A stretch of DNA of 64,000 nt, taken from Deltaproteobacteria bacterium (GTDB lineage: Bacteria; Myxococcota; Kuafuiibacteriia; Kuafuiibacteriales; Kuafuiibacteriaceae). The notes under the pieces are model-generated. The model saw only the letters and a program-made list of their open reading frames with translations, did not search any database and was not told where the DNA came from. The number at the start of each line of letters is the position of its first letter. Within the stretch, counting starts at the first letter, position 1. The DNA lies in assembly GCA_040218735.1 (NCBI GenBank), contig JAVJQW010000018.1, positions 64,001-128,000 on the forward strand. The letters are read 5' to 3'. The position numbers were made by a program, and so were the translations under genes. Shown in pieces: positions 8,296 to 17,673 of this stretch.

Positions 8296-9363
8296 CTACT
8301 CGCCGTCGCGTTCGGCTTCGTCGATCCGACGCATCCCCTCGAGCAGCAGGTTCATCACGCCCTGCTGCACCTTGTCTTCCTTGGGGATCTCGAGCGGGTC
8401 GAACCAGAAGTCGCCGCGCTGCCAGGTGAGGAGCGCGTAGAGCGCCTCTTCGCCGAGGGTCGCGTCGAGCTTCACCGAGTAGATGCGCCCGTCCTTGTAA
8501 CCGACGATGCCCTGGCGGTTGTTGTAGTCGTCGACGTACAGCGTGCCCGAGCGTCCGGAGTCCGCGAGGACCTGCACGACGGTCACGAGGTTCATCACGT
8601 CGAGCTTGCCGGAGAACGGCTTCGCGCCTTCGCGCACGAAGCGGAAGTTCGACGCCACCAACCGCGACGCCATCAGCCGCGTGAAGCGCGCCGCCATGAA
8701 CGGGTTCTCGCGGAGGAGCAGATCGAAGTCGTTCTTGTCGACGACGTACAGCGACACGTCGCCGCGCGCCCGCACCGTGGCGGCGGTGGGGGTGCCGGTG
8801 AGGATCGACATCTCGCCGAAGCAGTCCTTCGCGCGTAGCCGCGTCAGCACCGACGCGACGTCGTGCTCCGCGAAGTCCATCACCTCCACCGTGCCTTCCG
8901 CGACCACGAAGAACGCGCGGCCCGGGTGCCCCTTCTGGAGGATGACGTCGCCGTCGCCGTAGCGCTCGACGCGCATCCGGTGCGCGAGCTCCGCGAGGAA
9001 CGTCGCCGGCAGTGCGCGGAATATCGGGATGCTCCTGAGGTGCGCGACGGCGCCGGGGATGTCGTCGATGACCTGGCCCGTGACGGGCCGCGGCTCGAAG
9101 CGCTCGGGGAGCTCCTCGACGTCGAACGTCACCGGGTTGTTCGCGCGCGGGCAGCGGAACTCACCGCGCTCCATCGGCGAGCCGAGGGTCTCGCAGTGGG
9201 TCGCGTCGCTCTCGGCGAGGAACTGCGCGACGGCGAGCGTGCAGATGTTCGTGGAGCTGCCCTTGTCGATGCCCGGGAGCTCGAGGACCATCTGGTCGCC
9301 CACTCTGAACAGCGGGCAGTCGACCTCTTCGGCCACCCGAAGCATCACGCGCCGCGAGGTCAT
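8296..9363 (-). CDS. Cys-motif N-terminal domain + cyclic-nucleotide-binding domain + DUF4388 (PatA_N-like)
   Basis: 'GDVILQKGHPGRAFFVVAEGTVEV...FGEMSILTG'; C-terminal 'FSGKLDVMNLVTVVQVL..SGTL...GEEALYALLTWQRGDFWF...LLLEGMRRIDE'; alternative TTG start at 9378. Confidence 0.8.
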   Translation of the reverse strand: MTSRRVMLRVAEEVDCPLFRVGDQMVLELPGIDKGSSTNICTLAVAQFLAESDATHCETLGSPMERGEFRCPRANNPVTFDVEELPERFEPRPVTGQVIDDIPGAVAHLRSIPIFRALPATFLAELAHRMRVERYGDGDVILQKGHPGRAFFVVAEGTVEVMDFAEHDVASVLTRLRAKDCFGEMSILTGTPTAATVRARGDVSLYVVDKNDFDLLLRENPFMAARFTRLMASRLVASNFRFVREGAKPFSGKLDVMNLVTVVQVLADSGRSGTLYVDDYNNRQGIVGYKDGRIYSVKLDATLGEEALYALLTWQRGDFWFDPLEIPKEDKVQQGVMNLLLEGMRRIDEAERDGE

Positions 9364-9412
9364 CCGCGCGGGATTCAACCACGCTTGGGTGCGTGCGTCA
9401 CGTTTCGCCCGG

Positions 9413-10093
9413 TCAGCGGTGCGCGACGACGAAGCGCTCGGCGAGGAGCGCCATCGTGAACGAGCGCCGGAGGTAGAAGCCGCGTGGCGCGGTCGCCACG
9501 GGGGCGCCCAGCTCGTCGATCCCCCGCGCCCGCGACGCGGCCGAGGCCCCCTTCGGACGGAGCTGGAGGTACTGGCCGCGGTGCGCGGTGATCGACCCGA
9601 CCCAGCCCTCCTCGATCAACTGCGCGAGCTCCTCGAAGTCCTCCGCGAGCACGGCCTCTTGCGCTTCGTTCGGGCTCCACAGCAACGGGCTCCCCACGCG
9701 GCGGTCGGGGAGGGGAATCGACTTGTCCGCTTCGACCGGCACCCACAACACGCGGCGTAGCTTCTTCCGCACCGTCGAGGTCGCCCACGTCGTGGCGCCG
9801 ATCTCTGCGAGCGCGACCTTGCAGACGAACGTCGACTCCCTGGGTTTGCCGGCGAGGTCGATCGGGAGTGTCTTCAGCTCGATGCCGAGGCGCGGGAAGT
9901 CTGGCTCGGGGCGGGTCCCCGCGCGGGCGCCCAGGGTGTCCTCGACCAGGTGGCCGACCCACCCCTTGTGCCGCGACAGGTCGGGGGGGACTTCGCGGTC
10001 GAGCCGCGCCGCCAGGAACGCGAGGGTGCGCCCCGCGATCGCGTCCGCGCGCGCGAGGAGCTGCGCCTCGGTCAGCGGCGGACGAACGTCCAC
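9413..10093 (-). CDS. mutH: DNA mismatch repair endonuclease MutH
   Basis: 'KGWVG..VE..LGA.AG..PEPDF..LGIELKTLPID..GKP.ESTFVC', 'LQLRPKG', 'PRGFYLR' match the MutH family. Confidence 0.9.
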   Translation of the reverse strand: MDVRPPLTEAQLLARADAIAGRTLAFLAARLDREVPPDLSRHKGWVGHLVEDTLGARAGTRPEPDFPRLGIELKTLPIDLAGKPRESTFVCKVALAEIGATTWATSTVRKKLRRVLWVPVEADKSIPLPDRRVGSPLLWSPNEAQEAVLAEDFEELAQLIEEGWVGSITAHRGQYLQLRPKGASAASRARGIDELGAPVATAPRGFYLRRSFTMALLAERFVVAHR

Positions 10094-10494
10094 GTCGTCT
10101 CTCGATCGTCGCTGCTCACCGTCGCGATCAGCTTGTCGCCGCGGCGTCGGTACTCGATGCGTTTGGGGAAGTCGTGCTCGGGGTTCTCGAAGACTGCGAC
10201 GTTCTTCATCAGGTGGGTGAGCACGAACGCGGTGCGGGTCTGCTCGCTCGGCGTCGCGACGTAGGTGAGCACACCGTCGACGTCGACGATCTCGAGGGCT
10301 TCGGTGCTGACGACTTCGCCGCTTCGTTCGAAGACGCCGCTGCCGATCCAGCGACCGTCCTCGTGTCTCCAGGTCTCGGTCGTGGTTCGATCACCATCCA
10401 CGCTCACCCACTGGCCTTCGAGCCACGACAGATCGTGGGTCGTGCGGCACGCGGCGAGCAGGAAGAAGAGGATGGCGATCGAGCGGCGGATCAG
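10072..10494 (-). CDS. DUF6265-like lipoprotein, probable CTG start
   Basis: Lipobox LLAAC; 'DLSWLEGQW', 'VFENPEHDFPKRIEY'; no in-frame ATG/GTG/TTG near the signal peptide, AAGGAG 5 nt before a CTG overlapping the fbp stop. Confidence 0.7.
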   Translation of the reverse strand: MIRRSIAILFFLLAACRTTHDLSWLEGQWVSVDGDRTTTETWRHEDGRWIGSGVFERSGEVVSTEALEIVDVDGVLTYVATPSEQTRTAFVLTHLMKNVAVFENPEHDFPKRIEYRRRGDKLIATVSSDDRETTWTFVRR

Positions 10495-11486
10495 CCGTGC
10501 TCCTTGGCGAACTTCTCGGCCTCCTCGACCTCGGCGGCCGGCCCGATGATCAGGCTGCACCGGTCGTGGAGTGTCTCCGGGACGATGTCGAGGATGCGCT
10601 GGTGGCCGGTCGACGCGGCGCCGCCCGCGGCCTCGGCGATGAAGCCGAGCGGGTTGCATTCGTAGAGGACGCGCAGCTTGCCGCGACCGGTGCGGGCGTC
10701 GGCGGGGTACATGAACACGCCGCCGTAGATGAGGTTGCGGTGGAAGTCGGCGACGAGCGAGCCGATGTGGCGCGACGACACGCGGCGCTTCTCGAGGTCG
10801 TTCCGGCTCTTCACCGAGTCGATGTACGGCTTCACCCACTTGGGCCAGTAGGGCTCGTTGCACTCGTTGATCGAGAGGACCTTGGTCTTCTCGGGCATCC
10901 GGATGTTCGGGCGCGTGAGGAAGTACTCGCCGGCGCCGGGGTCGAGCGTGAAAGCGTCGACGCTGGAGCCGTCCGTGTACACGAGCACCGTCGACGAGCC
11001 GTAGATGATGTAACCCGCGGCGATCTGCTCCTTGCCGGGGCGGAGGGTGTCGGTGCGAAGCACCTCGTCCGGGTTCTTGCGCTTGTAGATCGCGAAGATC
11101 GTCCCGATGGAGACGTTGGCGTCGATGTTCGACGAGCCGTCGAGCGGGTCGAAGCACACCACGTAGTCACCCGCGGAGTCGTGCGGGACCTCGATGATCT
11201 CGTGCTCCTCCTCCGACGCCATCACCGCGACGCAACCGGAGCGCGCGAGGATGTCGACGAGCTCGTCCTGCGCGATGCGGTCGAGCTTCTGCACCGTCTC
11301 GCCCTGGATGTTCGTGTCGCCGGTCGCGCCCCACAGCTCGATCAGTCCGGCGCGACGGACCTGCGCCTGGATGAGTTTTCCGGCGACGCCGATCTGCGTG
11401 AGCAGGCCCGTCAGCTGCCCGGTCGCGTCCGGGTGCTGGGTCTGCTTTCGCATGATGTGCTGCGTGAGAGTGAGTCGAGTGGTCAT
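10491..11486 (-). CDS. fbp: Class 1 fructose-1,6-bisphosphatase
   Basis: 'GETVQKLD', 'ASEEE', 'FDPLDGSSNIDANVSIGTIF', 'GSLVADFHRNL..GG.F.YP', 'GKLRVLYECNP'. Confidence 0.97.
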   Translation of the reverse strand: MTTRLTLTQHIMRKQTQHPDATGQLTGLLTQIGVAGKLIQAQVRRAGLIELWGATGDTNIQGETVQKLDRIAQDELVDILARSGCVAVMASEEEHEIIEVPHDSAGDYVVCFDPLDGSSNIDANVSIGTIFAIYKRKNPDEVLRTDTLRPGKEQIAAGYIIYGSSTVLVYTDGSSVDAFTLDPGAGEYFLTRPNIRMPEKTKVLSINECNEPYWPKWVKPYIDSVKSRNDLEKRRVSSRHIGSLVADFHRNLIYGGVFMYPADARTGRGKLRVLYECNPLGFIAEAAGGAASTGHQRILDIVPETLHDRCSLIIGPAAEVEEAEKFAKEHG

Positions 11487-11506
11487 GATTCGGCGGGGCT
11501 CCTTGG

Positions 11507-11824
11507 TCAGACGCGTGTGGCGTCGATCTCTTCGGCGGTCTTCGTGTAGCGGTCGAGCCACTCTCCCCGCACGGTGCGTGCGCCGCGCAGCCAGTTCTGG
11601 CCGGCGACGAAGTCGGCGTGGAAGGTGATCTCGATGGTGGCGCTGGCGAGGTCCACGGTCGCGCGCTCGATCTTGTCCCAGCCCACGAGGATCTCGGCGC
11701 TCTCCGGGATGAGGAGCACGAGGCCGTCGGTGGTGCGGTAGCGGAAGAGCACGAGCGGCATGTACGGCTCGTTCACGTCGGTCAGTGGGACACCGTCGAG
11801 ATCGATCCGGGGGCGCCTCTCCAT
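11507..11824 (-). CDS. Hypothetical protein (105 aa)
   Basis: Good codon bias, co-oriented just upstream of fbp. Confidence 0.6.
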   Translation of the reverse strand: MERRPRIDLDGVPLTDVNEPYMPLVLFRYRTTDGLVLLIPESAEILVGWDKIERATVDLASATIEITFHADFVAGQNWLRGARTVRGEWLDRYTKTAEEIDATRV

Positions 11825-11885
11825 GCCCCGTCGCATACCGCACAAAACTTGAGGATCCTAGCCGGATGCCGGATCGTGCTCCGAC

Positions 11886-12374
11886 GTGCGACGCATGGCC
11901 TTCATCGCGGTGCTCCTCGGCGCCTGCGCCGGGCCGACCCAGGCGGTGGCACCCGTCGACCAGGAGCCGCACTACAGCGACGACTGGTACGTATTCCGGG
12001 CCGAGCAGCTCGGTATCGAGGTCGACGCGGCGCGAGCCCGCGACGCCGCGCTCCCCGTCGACGCGCCGCCCGAGCTGGATGCTTCGACGGCCGTCGAGGC
12101 CGCCGCGTTGTGGCGGGAGCTGTGCGCGAAGTGCCACGGCGCCGACGGCCGGGGCGTGGAGGGGGCGACCTACGACCCGCCGCCCAAGAAGTGGGGCGGC
12201 TTCGGCGTGCGCATGGGGTTCTTCTTCGGCGGCGACTCGATGCGCTCGGGGATCTACCGGCGGATCGCGGACGGGGGCGACAGCGCCGAGAAGCCGTCGG
12301 CGATGCCGGCGTTCGGTTCGACGCTGAGCCGTGAGCAGATCTGGGCCCTGGTGAAGCACATCGAGGGGTTCTAA
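11886..12374 (+). CDS. Monoheme c-type cytochrome lipoprotein
   Basis: Lipobox LLGAC; CAKCH heme motif; distal 'SAMPAFG..LSREQIWALVKHI'. Confidence 0.85.
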   Translation: MRRMAFIAVLLGACAGPTQAVAPVDQEPHYSDDWYVFRAEQLGIEVDAARARDAALPVDAPPELDASTAVEAAALWRELCAKCHGADGRGVEGATYDPPPKKWGGFGVRMGFFFGGDSMRSGIYRRIADGGDSAEKPSAMPAFGSTLSREQIWALVKHIEGF

Positions 12375-12383
12375 GTTCGAGGG

Positions 12384-13928
12384 GTGCGCCGCGCGCTCCT
12401 CTTGCCGTTGCTCGCGAGCTGCACGAGCAGCGTCGACGTCCCGGTCGCGCTCGCGCCCGACGACGAAGTCCTCATCGTCGCGTTCCTCGACGACCTCGGT
12501 CGCCCGCGTCGCCTCGCCGGTCCGTACTTCCTCGAAGGTGACGCAGGGCCGGTGCTCCAGTCGTTTGCGTTGCAGGAGCGCGAGGCGCAGATGGTCTGGG
12601 GGCGCACCTCCTTCGACGCGCTCGCCGCGTCCTTCCCCGGCTTCGATCGGACGCGGGCGTCCCAGATCACGCTGTCGCTCGAAGCGTTGGAGCTCGGTCT
12701 TCGCGTCGACGCGGATCCGATCGCCGCGCGCGAAGTCGGTACGCTGCCGACGGCGACGTACGGATTGGTCGATGTGGAGGAAGGCGGGTGGTCCGCGCTG
12801 CCGGCCGACGACGATCGCGTCGTGACGTTGACGGCGCTCGTTCGGATGAGTGTCCCGGTCGACACCGAGCACTGCCGAAACCCCGTGACGGACGAGCTGG
12901 AGGTGTTCGGAACGCACGTCGATTCGGTGAGTGACTACGTCGCCGCGATCGCGGTGCTCGATCCGGATCGGGTGGTCATCGTGGCCAGCGCGGGCCTCTT
13001 CGTGTTGGAGCGGGGCGGGACGACGCAGAGGGCTGCGGGTCGGTACCTGAGTGTGGCGGACGTCGGGCTGAACGCGGAGGAGGTCTTCTTCAACAGCATC
13101 GACGTCGTCACGTCGAGCGTCGGCCACCGGGTCATGGCGACGGCGGTGCGCCTGGTTTCGGGGGATGGCGACACCGGGTTCGTCGTCGAGGCCCGCGTCG
13201 ACGGGCAAGGTGCGCTGACGGGGGCGCGCCTCGTCGCGGAGTACGAGCGGACGCGCGTGCGCGGCGGCGCCTTCGATCTCGACGGGCGCTATGCGGTGCT
13301 CGCGGACCGAGGGAAGCTGTTCTTCGAGCCGACCTCCGGCGCGGCGTTGGCTGGGACGGACATCCCGATCCCTGCCGAGTTTCTGGAGGGATCGCAGAGC
13401 CGTCGGATCATCGCGACGTCGGACCCGGAGCGTCCGTGGTTGTTCGCGACACACGATCGCATCCACGCGTTCGATGGGACGACCTTCACGAACTGGACGA
13501 TCGCGGAGCGTGAGACGGAGGTCGTCAACGTCTGGGGGCTCACGGCGTTCGACGAATCGGGGCGCGCGTGGGCGGGCGCGACCGACGGGACGATGTTCTT
13601 CTACGACGGCACGAACTGGGGCGACTTCGATTTCCTACCCGCGCCACGTTACCTGGAGTGCGCCAGCGACGGGACGATCGAGCGCCCGATCTACGCGGCC
13701 GAGACGTTGGACCTCGAGCGCGTGGACGGGCTGCTCTACATGGTCGCGAGGTCGTGCACCGGGCTCCTGACCATCGACGTGGAGACGGGCTGCACGGCCG
13801 TGGTCACGCGGCCCGGGGAGGCTTCCCCGGTGCGGAACTCGGAGGCGATCTTCACGATCACCGTCGAGGGCGATCATCTGTACGCCGGCTCGGAGGACGG
13901 GAAGGTCTACACGATGCGCGTGCGGTGA
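12384..13928 (+). CDS. Lipoprotein with C-terminal beta-propeller
   Basis: Lipobox LLASC; blade-like repeats 'AWAGATDGTMFFYDG', 'LYAGSEDGKVY'. Confidence 0.65.
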   Translation: MRRALLLPLLASCTSSVDVPVALAPDDEVLIVAFLDDLGRPRRLAGPYFLEGDAGPVLQSFALQEREAQMVWGRTSFDALAASFPGFDRTRASQITLSLEALELGLRVDADPIAAREVGTLPTATYGLVDVEEGGWSALPADDDRVVTLTALVRMSVPVDTEHCRNPVTDELEVFGTHVDSVSDYVAAIAVLDPDRVVIVASAGLFVLERGGTTQRAAGRYLSVADVGLNAEEVFFNSIDVVTSSVGHRVMATAVRLVSGDGDTGFVVEARVDGQGALTGARLVAEYERTRVRGGAFDLDGRYAVLADRGKLFFEPTSGAALAGTDIPIPAEFLEGSQSRRIIATSDPERPWLFATHDRIHAFDGTTFTNWTIAERETEVVNVWGLTAFDESGRAWAGATDGTMFFYDGTNWGDFDFLPAPRYLECASDGTIERPIYAAETLDLERVDGLLYMVARSCTGLLTIDVETGCTAVVTRPGEASPVRNSEAIFTITVEGDHLYAGSEDGKVYTMRVR

Positions 13929-13935
13929 TTCGTCG

Positions 13936-15117
13936 TTACGCCTGGGGAGCGTGCTCGTCCACGTCTTCGCGACCCATCGCGTCCGGGAGCTCGAACAGGA
14001 AACGCGACCCGACGCCGGGCGTGCTCTCGGCCCACATCCGGCCGCCGTGGCGCTCGACGATGCGTCGGCTGATGGCGAGGCCGATACCGCTTCCGCCGTA
14101 CTGGCCTCGTTCGTTGAGCCGCTGAAACATGTCGAAGATGCGGTCGGCGTGCTCCAGGTCGAAACCGATCCCGTTGTCGGCGACGCAGAACTGCCACCCG
14201 CTTTCGAGGCGCTGCGCCTCGACGCGGATCCGAGGCGCTTCCTCGCTGCGGAACTTGATCGCGTTCCCGATGAGGTTTCGGAAGAGCTGTTCGAGCTGAC
14301 TCGCGTCCGCCTGAACCGTGGGGAGCGCACCGTGCGTGACTTCGGCTTTGGACTCTTGGACCGCTACCGACAGATCGGAGATCGCCGCGCTCACGATGGC
14401 TTCGATGTCACAACGCCGGGGCCGAAGACCACTCGTGCGGATCCGCGAGTACGCGAGGACGTCGTCGATCAACAGCTTCATGCGCCGGGCGCCGTCCGCC
14501 GCGTAGGCCACGTACTTCTTGGCCCGATCGTCCAGCTGGTCACTGTGGCGACGCGACAGCAGCTCCATGTAGGACGTGACCATGCGCAGGGGCTCCTGCA
14601 GATCGTGGGACGCGACGGAAGCGAACTGTTCGAGGTCCTCGTTGGAGCGACGAAGCTCGGCGACGAGCCGCGAAAGCTCCGTCTCGCGATCGCGGCGATC
14701 GCGAGCGTCGGCGAGCTCTCGGGCGACCGCGGCGTTGAGGCGGTCGAGGTTCGCCTTGGTGAGGAAGTCCCGCGCACCTGCCCTCATGCACTCCACGGCG
14801 GCTTCCTCGCCGACGACGCCGGACACCACGATCGCCGGCGTGTACGGAGCCATCGTCCGCACGATATCGAGCGCGACGGGCGCTTCGAACCCCGGCAGGC
14901 TGTAGTCCGACAGGACGAGCTGCCAAGCCTGCTCCCCCAACGCCTCCTCGATGGCGGCGATCGTCTCGACCTGTCGGTGCGCGGGCGCGTAACCACCGCG
15001 CTCGAGCTCTCGGAGCAGGAGGTCCGTGTCACCGTCGGAGTCCTCGATGATCAACACCCGCAGCGCGTCTCTCGGAGCGGCGGACCTCTGTGGCGTACGG
15101 GGCAAGCGAGCGACCAT
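13936..15117 (-). CDS. REC-HisKA-HATPase hybrid sensor kinase
   Basis: REC 'VLIIEDS...LVLSDY...CMRAGARDFLTK'; H-box 'FASVASHDLQEPLR'; N, G1, G2 boxes. Confidence 0.92.
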   Translation of the reverse strand: MVARLPRTPQRSAAPRDALRVLIIEDSDGDTDLLLRELERGGYAPAHRQVETIAAIEEALGEQAWQLVLSDYSLPGFEAPVALDIVRTMAPYTPAIVVSGVVGEEAAVECMRAGARDFLTKANLDRLNAAVARELADARDRRDRETELSRLVAELRRSNEDLEQFASVASHDLQEPLRMVTSYMELLSRRHSDQLDDRAKKYVAYAADGARRMKLLIDDVLAYSRIRTSGLRPRRCDIEAIVSAAISDLSVAVQESKAEVTHGALPTVQADASQLEQLFRNLIGNAIKFRSEEAPRIRVEAQRLESGWQFCVADNGIGFDLEHADRIFDMFQRLNERGQYGGSGIGLAISRRIVERHGGRMWAESTPGVGSRFLFELPDAMGREDVDEHAPQA

Positions 15118-15187
15118 ACGGTGGGAGAGGGCGGCCGTGTCAACCTCCCCAGACCTCGACCTTCACGTCGCCGCGAGCGGGCGACGG

Positions 15188-16696
15188 TCAATCCACGCCG
15201 TAGCTCTTCAGCTTTCGCGTGAGTGTATTGCGTCCGATCCCCAGCAGACGCGCCGCGAGTGTTCGGTTGCCCTCGACTTGGTCGACGACAGCGAGGATGT
15301 GCTCGCGCTCGACGTCCTCCAGCGGGCGCACCACCGGCGGCGCCGTCGAGCCCGTGGGGCGCGGGCGGTCCGGGAGGGGGAGGTCGTCTGGCGTGATGCG
15401 GGTGCCGTCCATGATGACCACCGCGCTCTCCAGGCAGTTCTCCAGCTCGCGCACGTTGCCCGGCCACGCGTAGGCGACGAGCTTCGCGTAGGCGGCGTCC
15501 GAGATCGTCGGCACCGGGCGGCCGTGGCGCTTCGCGGCTTTCACCGTGAAGTGCTGCGCGAGCCGGCGGATGTCCGCGGCGCCGCGCTCGCGGAGCGCGG
15601 GGAGGGCGATCTGCACGACCTTGATGCGGTAGTAGAGGTCGCTCCGGAGCTCACCGTCTTGGACCTGTTTCTCCAGGTCTCGGTTCGTCGCCGCCACCAC
15701 CCGGACGTCCGTCGCGATCGTCTCGGTGCCGCCCACGCGCACGAAGTCGCGGTCCTGCAGGACGCGGAGCAGCTTGCCTTGCACCTCCAGCGGGAGCTCC
15801 CCGATCTCGTCGAGGAAGATCGTGCCGCCCTTCGCCGCGTCGAACTTCCCCGCCGCTTTCTCGTCCGCGCCCGTGAATGCGCCGCGTTCGTGGCCGAACA
15901 GCTCGTTCTCGATCAGGTTCGCCGGGAGCGCCGCGCAATCCACCTTGACGAACGGCCCGTCCGAGCGAGGTGAGTTCACGTGGATCGCGCGCGCGAACAG
16001 CTCCTTGCCGGTGCCGCTCTCACCGCGCACGAGCACCGTCGCCTCCGACGCCGCCGCCTTCGCGGTCAGGCGGCACGCCTGACGTAGCGCGTCCGCCGAA
16101 CCGACGATGCGGTTGAACTGCCCCTCCAGCGGTAGCGGCGCCTGGTCCTCCGCGGGGGCGCGCGCGAGATCCGCGTAGAGCGTCGTCGCCTCCACCGCGA
16201 GCGCGGCCTGCGCGGCGAGGCGTCGCAGCTCCGCCTCGTCCTCCAGCGGGAAGGTGCCGCCGGCTTTGTTGAGCAGCTGCACCACCCCGATGATCGCGCC
16301 GTTTGCGTCGCGCATCGGCGCCGCGAGGATCGACTCCGTCTTGTAGCCGGTCCGCGCGTCGACGCCTGCGTAGAAGCGGGCGTCGGAGCGCGTGGTCGGC
16401 ACGTTGACGACCTCGCCGGTTTGCGCGACGAACCCCGCGACGCCCTGGCCGACCTGTAGGCGGATCTCCTCCAGCTCCGGCAGGTCCGCGGCCTTCGAGA
16501 AGACCTCGCGGGTGCCGTTGTCGACGAGGTAGATCGTCCCGCGGTCGGCCTTCATCACGCCGCGGATGTGCTCGACGAGTCGTTTCAGTAGATCGTCGAT
16601 CGCGACCTCGCGGTGGAGCAGCCCTCCCACGGCGAGGAGGACCGCGCTCGAGCTCTCCGCTTCCCCGACCATCGCGCGCGCCATCGTATCAAACAT
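15188..16696 (-). CDS. GAF-domain sigma-54 enhancer-binding protein (Fis/NtrC-type HTH)
   Basis: GAF '[30 protein letters not shown]'; [31 protein letters not shown]; HTH '[16 protein letters not shown]'. Confidence 0.93.
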   Translation of the reverse strand: MFDTMARAMVGEAESSSAVLLAVGGLLHREVAIDDLLKRLVEHIRGVMKADRGTIYLVDNGTREVFSKAADLPELEEIRLQVGQGVAGFVAQTGEVVNVPTTRSDARFYAGVDARTGYKTESILAAPMRDANGAIIGVVQLLNKAGGTFPLEDEAELRRLAAQAALAVEATTLYADLARAPAEDQAPLPLEGQFNRIVGSADALRQACRLTAKAAASEATVLVRGESGTGKELFARAIHVNSPRSDGPFVKVDCAALPANLIENELFGHERGAFTGADEKAAGKFDAAKGGTIFLDEIGELPLEVQGKLLRVLQDRDFVRVGGTETIATDVRVVAATNRDLEKQVQDGELRSDLYYRIKVVQIALPALRERGAADIRRLAQHFTVKAAKRHGRPVPTISDAAYAKLVAYAWPGNVRELENCLESAVVIMDGTRITPDDLPLPDRPRPTGSTAPPVVRPLEDVEREHILAVVDQVEGNRTLAARLLGIGRNTLTRKLKSYGVD

Positions 16697-17519
16697 CGAG
16701 CGTGAGCCCCTCCCGCGCCGCGAATGCGTTCACGAAGCGCGTACGCGCGTCGCTCTCCATGCGCTCGACCATCGCGTCGTCGTGCGTCGGGTCGTGGTGG
16801 AACAGCGCGAGCTGCTTCGCCCCCGCCGCCCGCGCGATCTCGGTCGCCGCGACGTACGTGGAGTGCCCCCACCCGCGGCGGCTCGGTCCCGCGCGCCCCT
16901 CGTACTCGTCCTCGGTGTACTGCGCGTCGTAGATCAGAAGATCCACGTCGCGTGCGAGGTCGAGGATCGCGTCGTCGATCTCGCCCTCCTTGTGCTCCGT
17001 GTCCGTCGCGAAACACACGGAGCGTCCGCCGGCCTCGATGCGGAAGCCGAGCGACCCCTGCGGGTGGTTCAGCGCGCGCATCGAGACGTCGAACGGGCCG
17101 GTCGAGATCACGTCGCCGCTCGCCACCGTCGTGAAGTGTTTCTCGGACGCCATCATGTCGAGCGTCACCGGGAAACACGGCGGCTTCATCTGCGCGTCGA
17201 GCGCGGCGTGGAGCGTCGTCACACCGTCCTCGTCGACCGGCCCGTACAGCTCGATCTTCGTCCCCGGCACAAACGCCGGCGAGAAGAACGGGAACCCTTG
17301 GATGTGATCCCAGTGCAGGTGCGAGAAGAAGAACGTCGTCTCCTTGCGCCCCTCACCGAGCATCTTCTGCCCGAGCGCGCGGAGCCCCGTCCCCGCGTCG
17401 AAGATGAGCTGCTTGTCACCGCAGGTGATCTCCAAGCAAGTCGTGTTGCCGCCGTAGCGCGAGAACTCGGAACCCGACGTCGCGATCGAACCGCGAACAC
17501 CCCAAAACGTCACCAGCAT
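16689..17519 (-). CDS. MBL-fold metallo-hydrolase (RNase Z / cyclic-nucleotide phosphodiesterase-like)
   Basis: 'FWGVRGS', 'YGGNTTC', [26 protein letters not shown]; SD AAGGAGG. Confidence 0.88.
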   Translation of the reverse strand: MLVTFWGVRGSIATSGSEFSRYGGNTTCLEITCGDKQLIFDAGTGLRALGQKMLGEGRKETTFFFSHLHWDHIQGFPFFSPAFVPGTKIELYGPVDEDGVTTLHAALDAQMKPPCFPVTLDMMASEKHFTTVASGDVISTGPFDVSMRALNHPQGSLGFRIEAGGRSVCFATDTEHKEGEIDDAILDLARDVDLLIYDAQYTEDEYEGRAGPSRRGWGHSTYVAATEIARAAGAKQLALFHHDPTHDDAMVERMESDARTRFVNAFAAREGLTLDV

Positions 17520-17578
17520 GTCTTTGTGCCTCCTTGTTGGTTCGAGGCGGGCCCCCACCCGTCTCGCGCAAGGTGGAT

Positions 17579-17594
17579 TGCGACAGGCGTGCCA
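17579..17594 (-). promoter_or_regulatory. Sigma-54 promoter of the MBL-EBP operon
   Basis: Minus strand TGGCAC-GCCTG-TCGCA. Confidence 0.75.
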
Positions 17595-17633
17595 GCTCGC
17601 CAGGCTCGTTTCGTTGGCGATCAGTTCTGTGCA

Positions 17634-17673
17634 TCGCACCGTTCTGGTGCGAGCGCTGCACCAAAATGGTGCT
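17634..17673. promoter_or_regulatory. Two NtrC-type enhancer palindromes
   Basis: TCGCACC-gttct-GGTGCGA (17634-17652) and TGCACC-aaaat-GGTGCT (17657-17673), centres 22 bp apart. Confidence 0.75.

Noticed and set aside
15113-15143. Sigma-70 promoter TTGACA...TATGGT for the REC-kinase gene
   Set aside because: The spacer is 19 nt and the -10 overlaps the proposed ATG, so it cannot be supported.
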